From NCBI GenBank assembly GCA_050251945.1, contig JBFWLW010000008.1:58538-122537 (forward strand): a stretch of 64,000 nt of DNA, written 5' to 3'. The notes under the pieces were generated by a model. It was not told where the DNA came from. It did no database searches and saw only the letters and a list, made by a program, of their open reading frames with translations. The translations under genes were made by a program, and so were the position numbers. Shown piece by piece: positions 46,402 to 56,338 of this stretch (positions are counted from its first letter, which is position 1; the number at the start of each line of letters is the position of its first letter). Source of the stretch: Deferribacterales bacterium. Lineage in GTDB: Bacteria; Chrysiogenota; Deferribacteres; Deferribacterales; Geovibrionaceae.

Positions 46402-49029
46402 TTATATCATCTCCTTGAGTTTCCCGATTATTCCTTCCGGTCTCAAAACCATGAGCATCTCTCCGTTGGGCTGTGTCTGGTCGGGCTTTACGATGCACTC
46501 GGTATATTTACTGTTGTCAAGTATGTGGTCGGAACACTCCACCCTGTCAAGGGGTATCTGCGGTATTTCCCCCAGTGCATCCGCTATGAGACCAAAAAGC
46601 TGATCGTCCCTGTAGCGCAGAACAATTATCTGGCTGTCGTTGTCCACGTCTTTCTCCGGCAGGTCAAGCACACTGCGTATGTCCACCACCAAAAGCGGCA
46701 GATCTTTATATATCCGTCTGCCCTTCACAAATTTATGACTGCCCGGTACTGTTGTAAGTCCCTCGGGATTGATTGCCTCCACAACGTTTTCTGTCTTTAT
46801 GCCAAGCCATTTTGTACCGATGAAGAACGTTGCCACCTCTATGCTGTCCTTGCTGCCTGCCGCACCTTTAACGCGCACGCTTTCACCGCGCCTGCGTATA
46901 TTGTACGCTTTTTCCGCCGACACCTTCGCAAGCGGTGTGAATATAAGAGCTATGACATCGTTTTCGTACCCGTCGCCCTGTTTATATTCTCTGTATCCGC
47001 TGCCTGTATGGGCGCCGACGGCATAATAGTAACCGCCGTATTCAATTATCTTTGAAATCCCCTGACCGTTCTTCATATTGAGGAACTCTTTATCAACGGA
47101 GATTGTATCGCCCGTTTTCAGGTCGGCGCAGGTGGAGCTTATCACATAGCCTTTCCTGTCGGCGAACACGCCGAAAACTCCATCTTCGACCTCTCCGCGT
47201 TCGTTTCGCGGAAGCGCATCGTGTAACATAGCCTCAAACTGAGGTTCGCTGTCGAATACGATGCCTATACCCCCGAGAACGTTCTTGCCATGTTTGAAAG
47301 ATGTAATGCTTGCGCCGTAGATGTATGTGTGTCTGTCGCCGTAAAGCTCGCTTGCCTCAAACTTTGAAACGCTGTACTGGCAACTCTCTCTTAGAGCAAG
47401 AGTATTGCGCACGAAATCCTTGCTCAGAACGGAGCCGACTATATGCTCTTCCGTTGGGTTTGAAACAGCAATCACTCTTCCGTAGGAATCGTACACGAAC
47501 AGGTTGGTATATACGGTGTAAAGCCCGTTTATATATTGGAGAATTCCGGTTATCTTCTCTTTGTCCCCGTCTTCAATCTTCGGCTTGTCCAGTATGCGCT
47601 TAAAGGCGGATGTCAGCGCCCACCAGCGGCAGTCGTTCGCTCTCTCGTAGAGGTTTCTGTCCATGATATCCACAGCAAGCGCCGCCCAGAACCATACGTT
47701 TGAAAGTATGGAATCTATGACCGTCTTGTGCAGGTTGCCTATGGACTGTTCAAATATCTTTTTGGTTTTGGCACCCGTTCCTGAGATGCTCCAGAGAAGC
47801 ACTTTTGAAGAGGGGTCGCTCTCTTTAACGTTTCCGTTCCAAACTGTTCGCTCAAGGTCGCTCTGTATCTTTTCCGCCTGCAGGGGGATACTGCGCAGTT
47901 CCCCGGAAAACAGCCGCGGGTCGCTCATCACGGCTTCCAATATCTTCTCGTTAATGTTCTTTTTCGCAGAACTCTCTTCTGATATCTCAAAAGCACTCTC
48001 GATGGGCATCATAACGTGTCCATACCACCCAAGCCCGAAAAAGCCCTGATATCCTTTCGTCGGGCATGTTTTCGCTATATATTTCTTTCCGGCAAAGATG
48101 ACCATGCCGTATTCTTTGTTAAGCACCATATCCATCTTAGCCCCGACAGGAACATGGTACCTGTCCGAACTGGCGATTACATGACCATCCGCATCAAGGA
48201 TAAGCTTAACCGACCAGTCGTCTTTCGACGAGAGATTGCGGAATATGCCCTCCATCTCGTTCTGAAAGCGGAAGCAGAGGCAAAGAACGCCGAGAACGTC
48301 ATCTTTGTCATCGTTGCTCCTTGTGACCCTGTATGCGTAAATAAGCGATTTTTCGTTCTGCGGCAGAAGGTCGCAGTATCTGTACACTTCAAGATATTCT
48401 CCGTCAACCTCCGCAGCGTCCTTAACAAGCGGATCAGAAGTTTTTGCAACTTTGTTCTCCTGATCCATCTGCACAAGCACGTTGCCGTCCGTATCCAGAA
48501 GAATGATGTTGAAATATACCGAATATTTAGCGACGTATTCGCGGAAACGCTCAATGAGCGCCTGTCTCATTTCTTCGCGAAGCTGTGTTCTGTTCAGCGT
48601 GTCGCACACGGGTTCCTCGCTGCCGCCCCGGCAGAGGATATCCAGTTCTTCGTTTTTTATGATAAAATCTCTGATGTCGTCGTCTGTGGCAAGAAAGCCT
48701 ATATCTGCGGTGCGCTCGAAAAGATTGCGTATGAGTATATCAACAGCCACCTGCGCCTTTGAAGCTATCTCCTGAACCGTCTTTCGTATGTTTTCCAGTG
48801 CAAGCTGACAGAGCAGTTTATTAGTAAGGTCGAGAAAGCCTTTCCGGGTTCCCGTCATATCGGTTCCCGTGCCGACCATCTGCCCCAGAATGGTGAGCAG
48901 ATCCCACTGAGCGCCCAGCCGCAGCAGTTCTTCGCGGTATTCGTCAACGCTGTCCATGTGGTTTATGACCCCAAGCAGCGATTTAGGTATTTCGATATCT
49001 TTATACGTGACCATTTCTTCAGCAGACAT
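46402..49029 (-). CDS. Large soluble protein: two Cache-like repeats plus C-terminal CheW domain
   Basis: Internal repeats AVDILIRNLFERTAD / AVDIMDRNLYERAND; C-terminal CheW-like sequence; no TM helix. Confidence 0.8.
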   Translation of the reverse strand: MSAEEMVTYKDIEIPKSLLGVINHMDSVDEYREELLRLGAQWDLLTILGQMVGTGTDMTGTRKGFLDLTNKLLCQLALENIRKTVQEIASKAQVAVDILIRNLFERTADIGFLATDDDIRDFIIKNEELDILCRGGSEEPVCDTLNRTQLREEMRQALIERFREYVAKYSVYFNIILLDTDGNVLVQMDQENKVAKTSDPLVKDAAEVDGEYLEVYRYCDLLPQNEKSLIYAYRVTRSNDDKDDVLGVLCLCFRFQNEMEGIFRNLSSKDDWSVKLILDADGHVIASSDRYHVPVGAKMDMVLNKEYGMVIFAGKKYIAKTCPTKGYQGFFGLGWYGHVMMPIESAFEISEESSAKKNINEKILEAVMSDPRLFSGELRSIPLQAEKIQSDLERTVWNGNVKESDPSSKVLLWSISGTGAKTKKIFEQSIGNLHKTVIDSILSNVWFWAALAVDIMDRNLYERANDCRWWALTSAFKRILDKPKIEDGDKEKITGILQYINGLYTVYTNLFVYDSYGRVIAVSNPTEEHIVGSVLSKDFVRNTLALRESCQYSVSKFEASELYGDRHTYIYGASITSFKHGKNVLGGIGIVFDSEPQFEAMLHDALPRNERGEVEDGVFGVFADRKGYVISSTCADLKTGDTISVDKEFLNMKNGQGISKIIEYGGYYYAVGAHTGSGYREYKQGDGYENDVIALIFTPLAKVSAEKAYNIRRRGESVRVKGAAGSKDSIEVATFFIGTKWLGIKTENVVEAINPEGLTTVPGSHKFVKGRRIYKDLPLLVVDIRSVLDLPEKDVDNDSQIIVLRYRDDQLFGLIADALGEIPQIPLDRVECSDHILDNSKYTECIVKPDQTQPNGEMLMVLRPEGIIGKLKEMI

Positions 49030-49059
49030 AAATTACCCCCATCCTCGGAGAGGTAAAAT

Positions 49060-49075
49060 AGCATGAAGCGTGCCA
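49060..49075 (-). promoter_or_regulatory. Sigma54 (-24/-12) promoter
   Basis: TGGCACG-CTTC-ATGCT versus consensus TGGCACG-N4-TTGCW; ends about 30 nt upstream of the CheW-gene start. Confidence 0.7.
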
Positions 49076-49388
49076 CATCATATTTACCAATACCATCATC
49101 CAATTAAAGTCCGGTTGTTAAATTTTACTCAAATATTTAACTTTAAACAGATTCACCGGCTGACAACATTGCTTGCCGGCGGCGGGACATGCAAAAAGAA
49201 AACAGATTTTAGCTGAAAAATAAAAAAGAGTTACAAAATTCCGCCATTATTTGTCTGGAACAACACTGATCATATTTCTACAAACAATGTAAATATCGTG
49301 ATATTGATATTCCCTATAGGCATATATGGAACTCATATGAAACCGATCAAAATATTGATTAAAAATTAATCATAAGATTAAAAAATAA

Positions 49389-50420
49389 TCACTGTCTTAC
49401 TGAAAGAATAATATTCCTGACGAAAACAAGTTTATCGTAAACTTCACTGCTGAGAACGAACGGATAGGCGTCCGGCTTTCCCACACTGCGGTTCAGCGAG
49501 TTCATTATAACTGTCAGCTCAACCCACTTGTTTATCACCGATCTGAAATCACCGTGCTCAATATCAACGTCCAGCACCCTGAACGAAATTGCGGTTTCCA
49601 ATGTATCCATCATATGCATGTAATGAGCCCATGTCTCCGCCCAGTCCTCCAGCGGGTGCATGGATGCATACGCGCTTATGTGGTGTTCCTGCCAGTCCGG
49701 AGCGGGTCCATTGGCATAATAGGCTTTCAAAGAGTCGTCATAATTTTTTCTGTGATCGCCGAAAAGCACGTCGAACTGACGTTCCCACTTTGTTCCATCA
49801 ACAAGAGTCATAAAGAAATAATGCCCTATCTCGTGGCGGAAATGCCCCAGAGTTGTCCGGTATCGTTCATTCATCTCCTCACGCATGGAAACGCGGTATT
49901 CAGGATCGGCTTCGGCGGCGTTTATGGTTATAACACCGCTGGAGTGTCCGGTATAGACCACATCCTGAGAAACGTTCGGGTTAGAGCGTCTGTCCTCAAG
50001 AAAGTCGAAGCAAAGACCTTTTACGGGGTCTTCCTCCCTGTTCTTAAAAGGGAGATGGTGGCGGTACATATTGAAAACCATACGCCTTTTCGCTTCCTCA
50101 AGGGTGCGCCAGCGTTTAACATTCCTCGGTATGTCCTGAACTGGAACGGTTCTGGTCAGCCTGCACGAAACGCATTGCGTATGCGGGTCGTCTTCTCTAA
50201 TCAGCAGATTGCACCCGAGCAGATCGGGCGAACGGTTCTCGCAAAAGCGGTAATAGCGGATGTTTGAACCCACCGTGGCGGCAAGGAAACCGTTGCCTTT
50301 GTGTCTGAGCGTAAACATCTCCGAACCGACAACATCAATACCCACTAGCTTACCGCAGGCAAAGCATATCGTATTATCAAAAAAAATTTCTGTCCCGCAG
50401 GAACAGTAAAATCTTTTCAT
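49389..50420 (-). CDS. Zinc-ribbon plus putative Zn-metallopeptidase (DUF2248-like)
   Basis: CSCG..IFFDN..C..C; YRT.LGHFRHEIGHY (HExxH); YASMHP.EDWAETWAHY. Confidence 0.88.
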   Translation of the reverse strand: MKRFYCSCGTEIFFDNTICFACGKLVGIDVVGSEMFTLRHKGNGFLAATVGSNIRYYRFCENRSPDLLGCNLLIREDDPHTQCVSCRLTRTVPVQDIPRNVKRWRTLEEAKRRMVFNMYRHHLPFKNREEDPVKGLCFDFLEDRRSNPNVSQDVVYTGHSSGVITINAAEADPEYRVSMREEMNERYRTTLGHFRHEIGHYFFMTLVDGTKWERQFDVLFGDHRKNYDDSLKAYYANGPAPDWQEHHISAYASMHPLEDWAETWAHYMHMMDTLETAISFRVLDVDIEHGDFRSVINKWVELTVIMNSLNRSVGKPDAYPFVLSSEVYDKLVFVRNIILSVRQ

Positions 50421-51346
50421 CAGCCTATAGCCGCGTTAAACCATGTGTCGGAAATTGCAGCATCTATTTCGTATAAAGCTATCTGTGTTCTGTCCATAAA
50501 ATCATGTATATCCTTAACGTCCGCTTTTTTCGCTGAAAACCCCTCCAGAAGCCTGTTAACAGCCTTCGCTTTTTCAGCAACGGGTGCGGAGTTCGGCAGC
50601 CTTTCCCCCAGAATGGCAACACTCTGGGCGCAATAGGCAACCGCTCTGGGAAACATAGCATCTTTAAGAAGAAAGTCAATGACATCGGTGCTGTCGACTC
50701 TGCGGCGCACCGCCTGACGATACATCTGATAAGCGTTCATAGCTTTCAGCAGGTTCATCCAGACTATCCCTTCCGTACCTTTAAGCTTGCTGCTGCGCAG
50801 AAGGAGGGAACCGGCGTCAAGAATACGGGTGGTGGTATCCGCCCGTTCAAGAAGCCTGCCTATCTGTAAAAAGTTATATGTGGAATTACGGGAAAGACCG
50901 CTCACAAGCATGCCCTCAAGCCTCTGCCCGCCTTTGATTATCTGCGTGAGAAACTGATAGCGTCTGCTTCTTGTCCCGACACAGTCGTTCTCTTTCTTTG
51001 CCAGAAGATAGAGTTCGTTAACCACTTCCCATGCTTCGCTGGGCAGTATATCTCTGGAAGTTCTGGCGTTCTCTCTGGCAAACGCCAAAGAACTGAACAG
51101 TGAACTCGGGTTGCGGGCGTCGCTTATGAGATAGCTCATGACGCTGGTTTCAGACCTGTCGTCATAAAGCTCCGCGAAAGATTCCTCCGCATCCATGATG
51201 GTTATCAGGTTATACCAAACAATGTCCGTACCCTTCGGCATGTCCAGCATCAGGTTGGCGTAAACGTTCGCCAGCTTCGCCATATTCTCCGCACGCTCCA
51301 TGTAGCGCGCCAGCCAGTAAACTCTGTTTGCAACTCTCGACAGCAT
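50420..51346 (-). CDS. Alpha-E domain protein (DUF403)
   Basis: MLSRVA...YW..RYMERAE, ARENAR, GR.LERAD, FPR. Confidence 0.9.
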   Translation of the reverse strand: MLSRVANRVYWLARYMERAENMAKLANVYANLMLDMPKGTDIVWYNLITIMDAEESFAELYDDRSETSVMSYLISDARNPSSLFSSLAFARENARTSRDILPSEAWEVVNELYLLAKKENDCVGTRSRRYQFLTQIIKGGQRLEGMLVSGLSRNSTYNFLQIGRLLERADTTTRILDAGSLLLRSSKLKGTEGIVWMNLLKAMNAYQMYRQAVRRRVDSTDVIDFLLKDAMFPRAVAYCAQSVAILGERLPNSAPVAEKAKAVNRLLEGFSAKKADVKDIHDFMDRTQIALYEIDAAISDTWFNAAIG

Positions 51347-51347
51347 C

Positions 51348-52802
51348 TTACGCCTCCTCCGGATCAATTATCCATGTATCCTTGCTTCCGCCGCCCTGTG
51401 AAGAGTTTACCACAAGAGAACCTTCGCGCAGGGCGACGCGGGTAAGTCCGCCCGCCGTGCAGTATGAGCTTTCGCCCTGAAGGATGAACGGGCGCAGGTC
51501 AACATGCCGTCCGGCAAGTGTGCCTTTGTCTGTGAGCGTCGGCGTCACAGAAAGCGAAAGAGTCGGCTGTGCTATATAATTTCTGGGATTTTCGTTTATG
51601 AGATACCGGAACTGATCTATCTGTTCCTCTGTTGCATGGGGACCCACCAACATTCCGTAACCGCCGGATTCGTTGGCTGGCTTTACGACCAGTTTTTCAA
51701 GATTGTCCAGAACATAAAGCCTCTGGTCGTCGTCGCGGCAGAGATAGGTTTCAACGTTCGGTATCAGCGGCTTTTCGCCAAGATAAAACTCTATCATCTG
51801 CGGCACGTAAGAATACACGACTTTATCGTCGGCAACGCCTGTTCCGGGGGCGTTTGCGATGGCAACGTTCCCCTTTTTCCATGCGCGCATAAGCCCCGGT
51901 ACGCCCAGAGCCGAATCTGCCCTGAACACTTCCGGATCAATGAAGTCGTCGTCTATCCTGCGGTAGATAACGTCCACCTGAGTGAGACCGTATATTGTCT
52001 TCATATAAACCTTGTCGTCAGTATCAACGAACAGGTCTGCGCCTTCCACAAGCTCCGCGCCCATCTGCTGGGCAAGGAAGGCGTGCTCAAAATATGCCGA
52101 GTTGAATATTCCGGGGGTAAGAACCACTATCTCCGGTTCCCTGTCGCAGACAGGAGAGATGGAGGTGAGCATATCAAACAGCTTGGCAGGGTAGTCGTCA
52201 ACGGGTATGATATTGATATCTTTGAACAGTTCAGGGAAAACGCGTTTTGTTATCTTGCGGTTTTCAAGCATATAGGAAACACCGGACGGAACGCGGAGAT
52301 TATCCTCCAGAACATAAAGTGTTCCGCTGTCATCGCGCACTATGTCGCTTCCGCATATATTCGCCCATGCCCCGTGGACAGGCGTCATGCCTATACACTC
52401 TTTCCTGAAATTTTTAGATGTCATTATCACATCCGCAGGCACTACGTTGCTGTTTATGATCTCCTGACCGTTGTAAAGGTCGTTTATGAACATATTCAGC
52501 GCCTTAAGTCTCTGTTTCAGCCCCTCTTCCGCGCGTTTCCACTCCATTCCGCAGATAACTCTGGGTATGATATCAAACGGCCATGCGCGGTCGATGTTCG
52601 TGCTGTCGCCATACACCGTAAAGGTGATGCCAAGCTCCACAATGGCTGCATCCGCCGTCCTTTTTCTTCTGTAGATGTCCTGCGTGGAAAGGTTTTGCAG
52701 GTGGCGGAAAACATCACGGCTCGCCTCTCTAGGCACTCCCTTTGATTGGAAAAGCTCGTCGTAAAATCTCCCGGGTTCGTATTCGTTCCAGTTGATGGAC
52801 AT
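51348..52802 (-). CDS. Circularly permuted type 2 ATP-grasp protein (DUF404/407)
   Basis: GITFTVY, LEDNLRVPSGVSY, NSAYFEH, YRRIDD, GVADDK, SGGYG, HVDLRPF, VVNSSQGGGSKDTW. Confidence 0.93.
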   Translation of the reverse strand: MSINWNEYEPGRFYDELFQSKGVPREASRDVFRHLQNLSTQDIYRRKRTADAAIVELGITFTVYGDSTNIDRAWPFDIIPRVICGMEWKRAEEGLKQRLKALNMFINDLYNGQEIINSNVVPADVIMTSKNFRKECIGMTPVHGAWANICGSDIVRDDSGTLYVLEDNLRVPSGVSYMLENRKITKRVFPELFKDINIIPVDDYPAKLFDMLTSISPVCDREPEIVVLTPGIFNSAYFEHAFLAQQMGAELVEGADLFVDTDDKVYMKTIYGLTQVDVIYRRIDDDFIDPEVFRADSALGVPGLMRAWKKGNVAIANAPGTGVADDKVVYSYVPQMIEFYLGEKPLIPNVETYLCRDDDQRLYVLDNLEKLVVKPANESGGYGMLVGPHATEEQIDQFRYLINENPRNYIAQPTLSLSVTPTLTDKGTLAGRHVDLRPFILQGESSYCTAGGLTRVALREGSLVVNSSQGGGSKDTWIIDPEEA

Positions 52803-52828
52803 ATTTGCCTCCAAACATTTACGCGGTA

Positions 52829-52857
52829 ATTTTAAACCGAGGAAAAATGATTGTCAA
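52829..52857 (-). promoter_or_regulatory. Near-consensus sigma70 promoter of the ATP-grasp operon
   Basis: TTGACA-17-TAAAAT. Confidence 0.7.
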
Positions 52858-52949
52858 CTAACCATGGTTATCATCCATTCTACACCGGTCCGATTAAACT
52901 TGTTGAGATAAATATGTAATGTGCTAAATTATTTATTTCGGAGGATGTA

Positions 52950-53804
52950 ATGTCGAAGTCAGGATCATACCGTCTGCTGGACAGCGGACACGGAAGAAAA
53001 CTTGAGGACGTAGGCGGGTTTATCATAGACAGACCCTGCGGACAGGCTGTCTGGGAAAAGACGCTGAAAGACAACAGATGGCAGGACTCTCATGCGGTTT
53101 TCTCCCGCGAGGGCGGAAGCAGCTGGTCATACAGGAAAAACATGCCTGCTGAGTGGGTGATTGACCTCGACGGGCTTAAATTTTACATCTCCCCCACAGA
53201 CTTCGGACATCTGGGAGTCTTCCCCGAACACAGATATTCGTGGAGTTGGGTGCGCGAACGCATACAAAACGCCAAAAGACCTCTGCGAGTGCTGAACCTC
53301 TTTTCATATTCCGGTGCGGCAACCATCGCCGCCGCTAGTGAAGGTGCCGACGTTACACATGTTGACGCGTCGCAGAAGATAAACGACCTCGCGAAACGCA
53401 ACACAAAACTAAACGAAATAAATCAGTCAAAAGTGCGCTTTATCACCGACGACGTTATCAAATATCTGAAACGCGAGGAGAAACGCAACTCAAAATACGA
53501 CGGGGTTATCCTTGACCCGCCCAGCTTCGGAAGAGGCAGCAAAGGCGAGGTGTTCAAGATAGACACCCACCTTCCGGAAATACTCAAACTGATAAAGAAA
53601 GTGCTGAGCAATAATCCTGCTTTTGTGGTTCTCACATGCCATACGCCCGGATACACACCCATGACGCTGAAAAACCTGCTTACACAGATGATGGCTGGAA
53701 CAAACGGCGAGATAGAGACATCCGAACTTACACTGGACAGAGGTGAAACAGAAATACCGGTTCCGGCGGGATTCTTCGCCGCATGGAAACAGCAGGGGCT
53801 TTGA
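52950..53804 (+). CDS. SAM-dependent methyltransferase (RlmI/RlmK-like)
   Basis: HLGVFPE, VLNLFSYSG, HVDAS, ILDPPSFG. Confidence 0.88.
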   Translation: MSKSGSYRLLDSGHGRKLEDVGGFIIDRPCGQAVWEKTLKDNRWQDSHAVFSREGGSSWSYRKNMPAEWVIDLDGLKFYISPTDFGHLGVFPEHRYSWSWVRERIQNAKRPLRVLNLFSYSGAATIAAASEGADVTHVDASQKINDLAKRNTKLNEINQSKVRFITDDVIKYLKREEKRNSKYDGVILDPPSFGRGSKGEVFKIDTHLPEILKLIKKVLSNNPAFVVLTCHTPGYTPMTLKNLLTQMMAGTNGEIETSELTLDRGETEIPVPAGFFAAWKQQGL

Positions 53805-54478
53805 TGGATATCCTTTTCGCTGACAACCATGTCATAGCCGCATCCAAACCCGCAGGCATCCCCACACAGCCTTCGGACGGACACAAAGACAGCTTTGAGG
53901 ACAGAATAAAACTCTGGCTTCGCGAGCGGGACGGCAAAACGGGCAACGTTTTCCTCCACGCACTGCACAGACTGGACACACCGGTGAGCGGCGCGGTGCT
54001 TTTCGCAAAAACAGACAAGGCGCTTTCACGTCTCAACGCGTCAATGCGGGACAAAAAGCATAAAAAAGTATATATGGCTGTTGTGGAAGGAACTTTCAAG
54101 AATCCTCAGGGAATCCTGAAGCATCATCATTCGCATATGAGGTTCATGGCAAGAATCACAGATAAACCCCACGAGGGTTCCAAAGAGGCGGTGTTAAGCT
54201 ATGAAGTCAAGGGGGTCGACGGCGGCAGGTCGCTTGCGGAAGTGACGCTGGACACAGGCAGATATCATCAGATACGCGGTCAGTTTTCGCACATCGGGCA
54301 TCCTGTATTCGGTGATGAAAAATACGGCAGCAAAGGACGAATGGATAACGGCGCAATAGCACTCCATCACTTTAAGATGGCTTTTATCCATCCGGTATCG
54401 AAAGAATTTATAACAGTAACTGCGCCTCTGCCGGACGTTTTCCCATTCAACCGTTTTTCAGACCAAGATACTTTTTAA
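53804..54478 (+). CDS. RluA-family pseudouridine synthase
   Basis: KPAG, HRLD.PVSG, TGRYHQIR, GD.KYG. Confidence 0.92.
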   Translation: MDILFADNHVIAASKPAGIPTQPSDGHKDSFEDRIKLWLRERDGKTGNVFLHALHRLDTPVSGAVLFAKTDKALSRLNASMRDKKHKKVYMAVVEGTFKNPQGILKHHHSHMRFMARITDKPHEGSKEAVLSYEVKGVDGGRSLAEVTLDTGRYHQIRGQFSHIGHPVFGDEKYGSKGRMDNGAIALHHFKMAFIHPVSKEFITVTAPLPDVFPFNRFSDQDTF

Positions 54479-54959
54479 TATCGTCCATATGCTCTGCAAC
54501 GTATGCATTCGACGGTTCGTGTCCGCATTTGCGGCATTTCAGGTCATATGCAGAGTTGGGATATCCGCAGGCGGGACATGAATATCTGTCGCGCATTTCA
54601 AGCACCCACTGGTGCGCACCGATCTCTGAGATACGGGCGAAATCTCTGTAAACGTCCTTTCTATGCGGTCTTGCCACCTGAAACGTGGCGAAAAGTTCGC
54701 AGGGAACCGCTTCGCACTCTCCGCAGGAATTCACACCTTTGGATTTGGCGCATTTCACCATCTCGCAGTTGCGGCAATACCCGTTTACCCTGCCGGAACG
54801 GCATCCGTCACACTTGACATTATCAACGTCCGTGCCGAACATTTCAGCGAAATATTCCAGTTTTTCAGTATCGTTGTTTTCAGTTGCAAGATATAATGCA
54901 CATCCGCCGCAGTATAACCCGCAAACCGCCGCCAGAACCGGCTGCCCGTTATTTGCCAT
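54447..54959 (-). CDS. DUF3795-like Cys-rich protein with C-terminal zinc ribbon
   Basis: CGLYCGGC, CDGC, C..C...C, CGEC...PC, CPACG...CRKCG. Confidence 0.82.
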   Translation of the reverse strand: MANNGQPVLAAVCGLYCGGCALYLATENNDTEKLEYFAEMFGTDVDNVKCDGCRSGRVNGYCRNCEMVKCAKSKGVNSCGECEAVPCELFATFQVARPHRKDVYRDFARISEIGAHQWVLEMRDRYSCPACGYPNSAYDLKCRKCGHEPSNAYVAEHMDDIKKYLGLKNG

Positions 54960-54971
54960 AAAACACCTGTA

Positions 54972-55292
54972 TTATAAAACCAATCTGTTAAAAAGAATAT
55001 CCTCGGCATTGCGTCTGCCGTCTATAATTCCAAGAACATACACTTTATCATCGCCGATATAAATTATTACCCGCCAAACAGAGACAAGCAGTTCTCTGTA
55101 TGTCGCAATATTCTTGCGGAGAAGTTCAGGAACATATCTTGCCCGCCCGGGCATTTCCCGCAATGATTCAACGGCGGCAATTATCTGACGCGCAACAGAA
55201 TCTGCTTTAAGTTTGTCATCCACGGCTATGTAGTCGTAGGTGGAATCCAAATCAGCCTCTGCTCTTTTTGTCCAGATAATATCAAAGGGCAT
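54972..55292 (-). CDS. RelE/ParE-family toxin
   Basis: A..DL...YDYIA.D, L..MP.R, RE, DGRR; downstream of the Phd-like gene. Confidence 0.88.
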   Translation of the reverse strand: MPFDIIWTKRAEADLDSTYDYIAVDDKLKADSVARQIIAAVESLREMPGRARYVPELLRKNIATYRELLVSVWRVIIYIGDDKVYVLGIIDGRRNAEDILFNRLVL

Positions 55293-55557
55293 TTATTTTC
55301 TCTTCCAAACGTTTTTTAACGTCTTCATGTGACGAAACCCTGCCCTCGGCAATGTCCTTTTCGCCCATAGCAATTATTTTCAGCATCGCCATGGCATCCA
55401 TCATTTCCTGATAAGATCCCGCGTCCATCAGAACGGCTTTGGATTCTCCGTTCTGGGTTATAACTATAGGGCTTCTGGTCTCGTTGACCTGTTTAAGAAC
55501 CTCAGCGGCGTTAGCTTTTATATATGAAATAGGCTTAATGTTGTTTTTAATATCCAT
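55282..55557 (-). CDS. Phd/YefM-family antitoxin
   Basis: IKPISY.KAN, PIVITQNG..KAVLM. Confidence 0.9.
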   Translation of the reverse strand: MDIKNNIKPISYIKANAAEVLKQVNETRSPIVITQNGESKAVLMDAGSYQEMMDAMAMLKIIAMGEKDIAEGRVSSHEDVKKRLEEKINAL

Positions 55558-55568
55558 AGCATCCTCCT

Positions 55569-55594
55569 GTCTTAATATGATACTAAATTAAGAC
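55569..55594. promoter_or_regulatory. TA autoregulatory operator
   Basis: GTCTTAAT-N10-ATTAAGAC perfect inverted repeat next to the AGGAGG RBS. Confidence 0.6.
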
Positions 55595-55612
55595 CTCAAA
55601 ATCAATATAAAC

Positions 55613-56338
55613 TCACACAGCGTACTGTTTGAGAGATTTCCGCAGGCACGCATAGTTTGGAATATAACGTTCCACAAGTGCCCAGAAGTGTTTGCCGTGG
55701 TTATGATGCGCAAGGTGTGCAAGCTCGTGAACCACAACGTATTCGATACATTCCGCAGGGAGTTTAGCCAGATAGATGTTAAATGAAAGCCCGCCTTTGG
55801 AAGAACAGCTTCCCCAGCGGCTTTTAGCCTTGCGAAAGGTCACGGATTCCGGTTTTAACCCCATGACGGCAGACCACTTATCCACCAACGGAGGCACGAT
55901 GTTTTTTACCTCTTTTCTGTAAAAAGCGTTCAGTTTCTCAAGCAGTATCTCATCACGCATCATTTTCGGATTATATTCAAAAATGCATTTATCTGCATGA
56001 AAACCTATTTTTACGGAGCCTATTCCCATTTTTTCGTTAAATATCCACTGATTTTCGTACTCAACCCCAAGATAGTGCATGTTCAGGAGGGGGTCTGACG
56101 GCACTTTCTCCACTATTTTGTCTAATTTAGTCCGAATCCATGCCGATTTTGATATAATTATGGACACAGCGTCTTTTTCCGACATTGGTGCAGAACGTAA
56201 AATTACGCGTCTGTCTCTGCTGATGCGGATATAAACCCTTTTCAGTTGAGGTTTTATTTCATGGGTAAAGGTGATGCCGCCCGCAGTGAGCTCTTTCGTG
56301 CTAGCGGCTGTTGTTGATGATCTTCGCCAGAGCTTCAC
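55613..56338 (-). CDS. M48/DUF45 (YgjP-like) metal-dependent hydrolase
   Basis: KSRWGSCS, YVVVHELAH, NH...FW. Confidence 0.88.
   Translation of the reverse strand: MKLWRRSSTTAASTKELTAGGITFTHEIKPQLKRVYIRISRDRRVILRSAPMSEKDAVSIIISKSAWIRTKLDKIVEKVPSDPLLNMHYLGVEYENQWIFNEKMGIGSVKIGFHADKCIFEYNPKMMRDEILLEKLNAFYRKEVKNIVPPLVDKWSAVMGLKPESVTFRKAKSRWGSCSSKGGLSFNIYLAKLPAECIEYVVVHELAHLAHHNHGKHFWALVERYIPNYACLRKSLKQYAV

Noticed and set aside
51504..52745. 413-aa plus-strand ORF
   Set aside because: Entirely antisense to the well-conserved ATP-grasp gene and has no motifs; a codon-bias shadow ORF.
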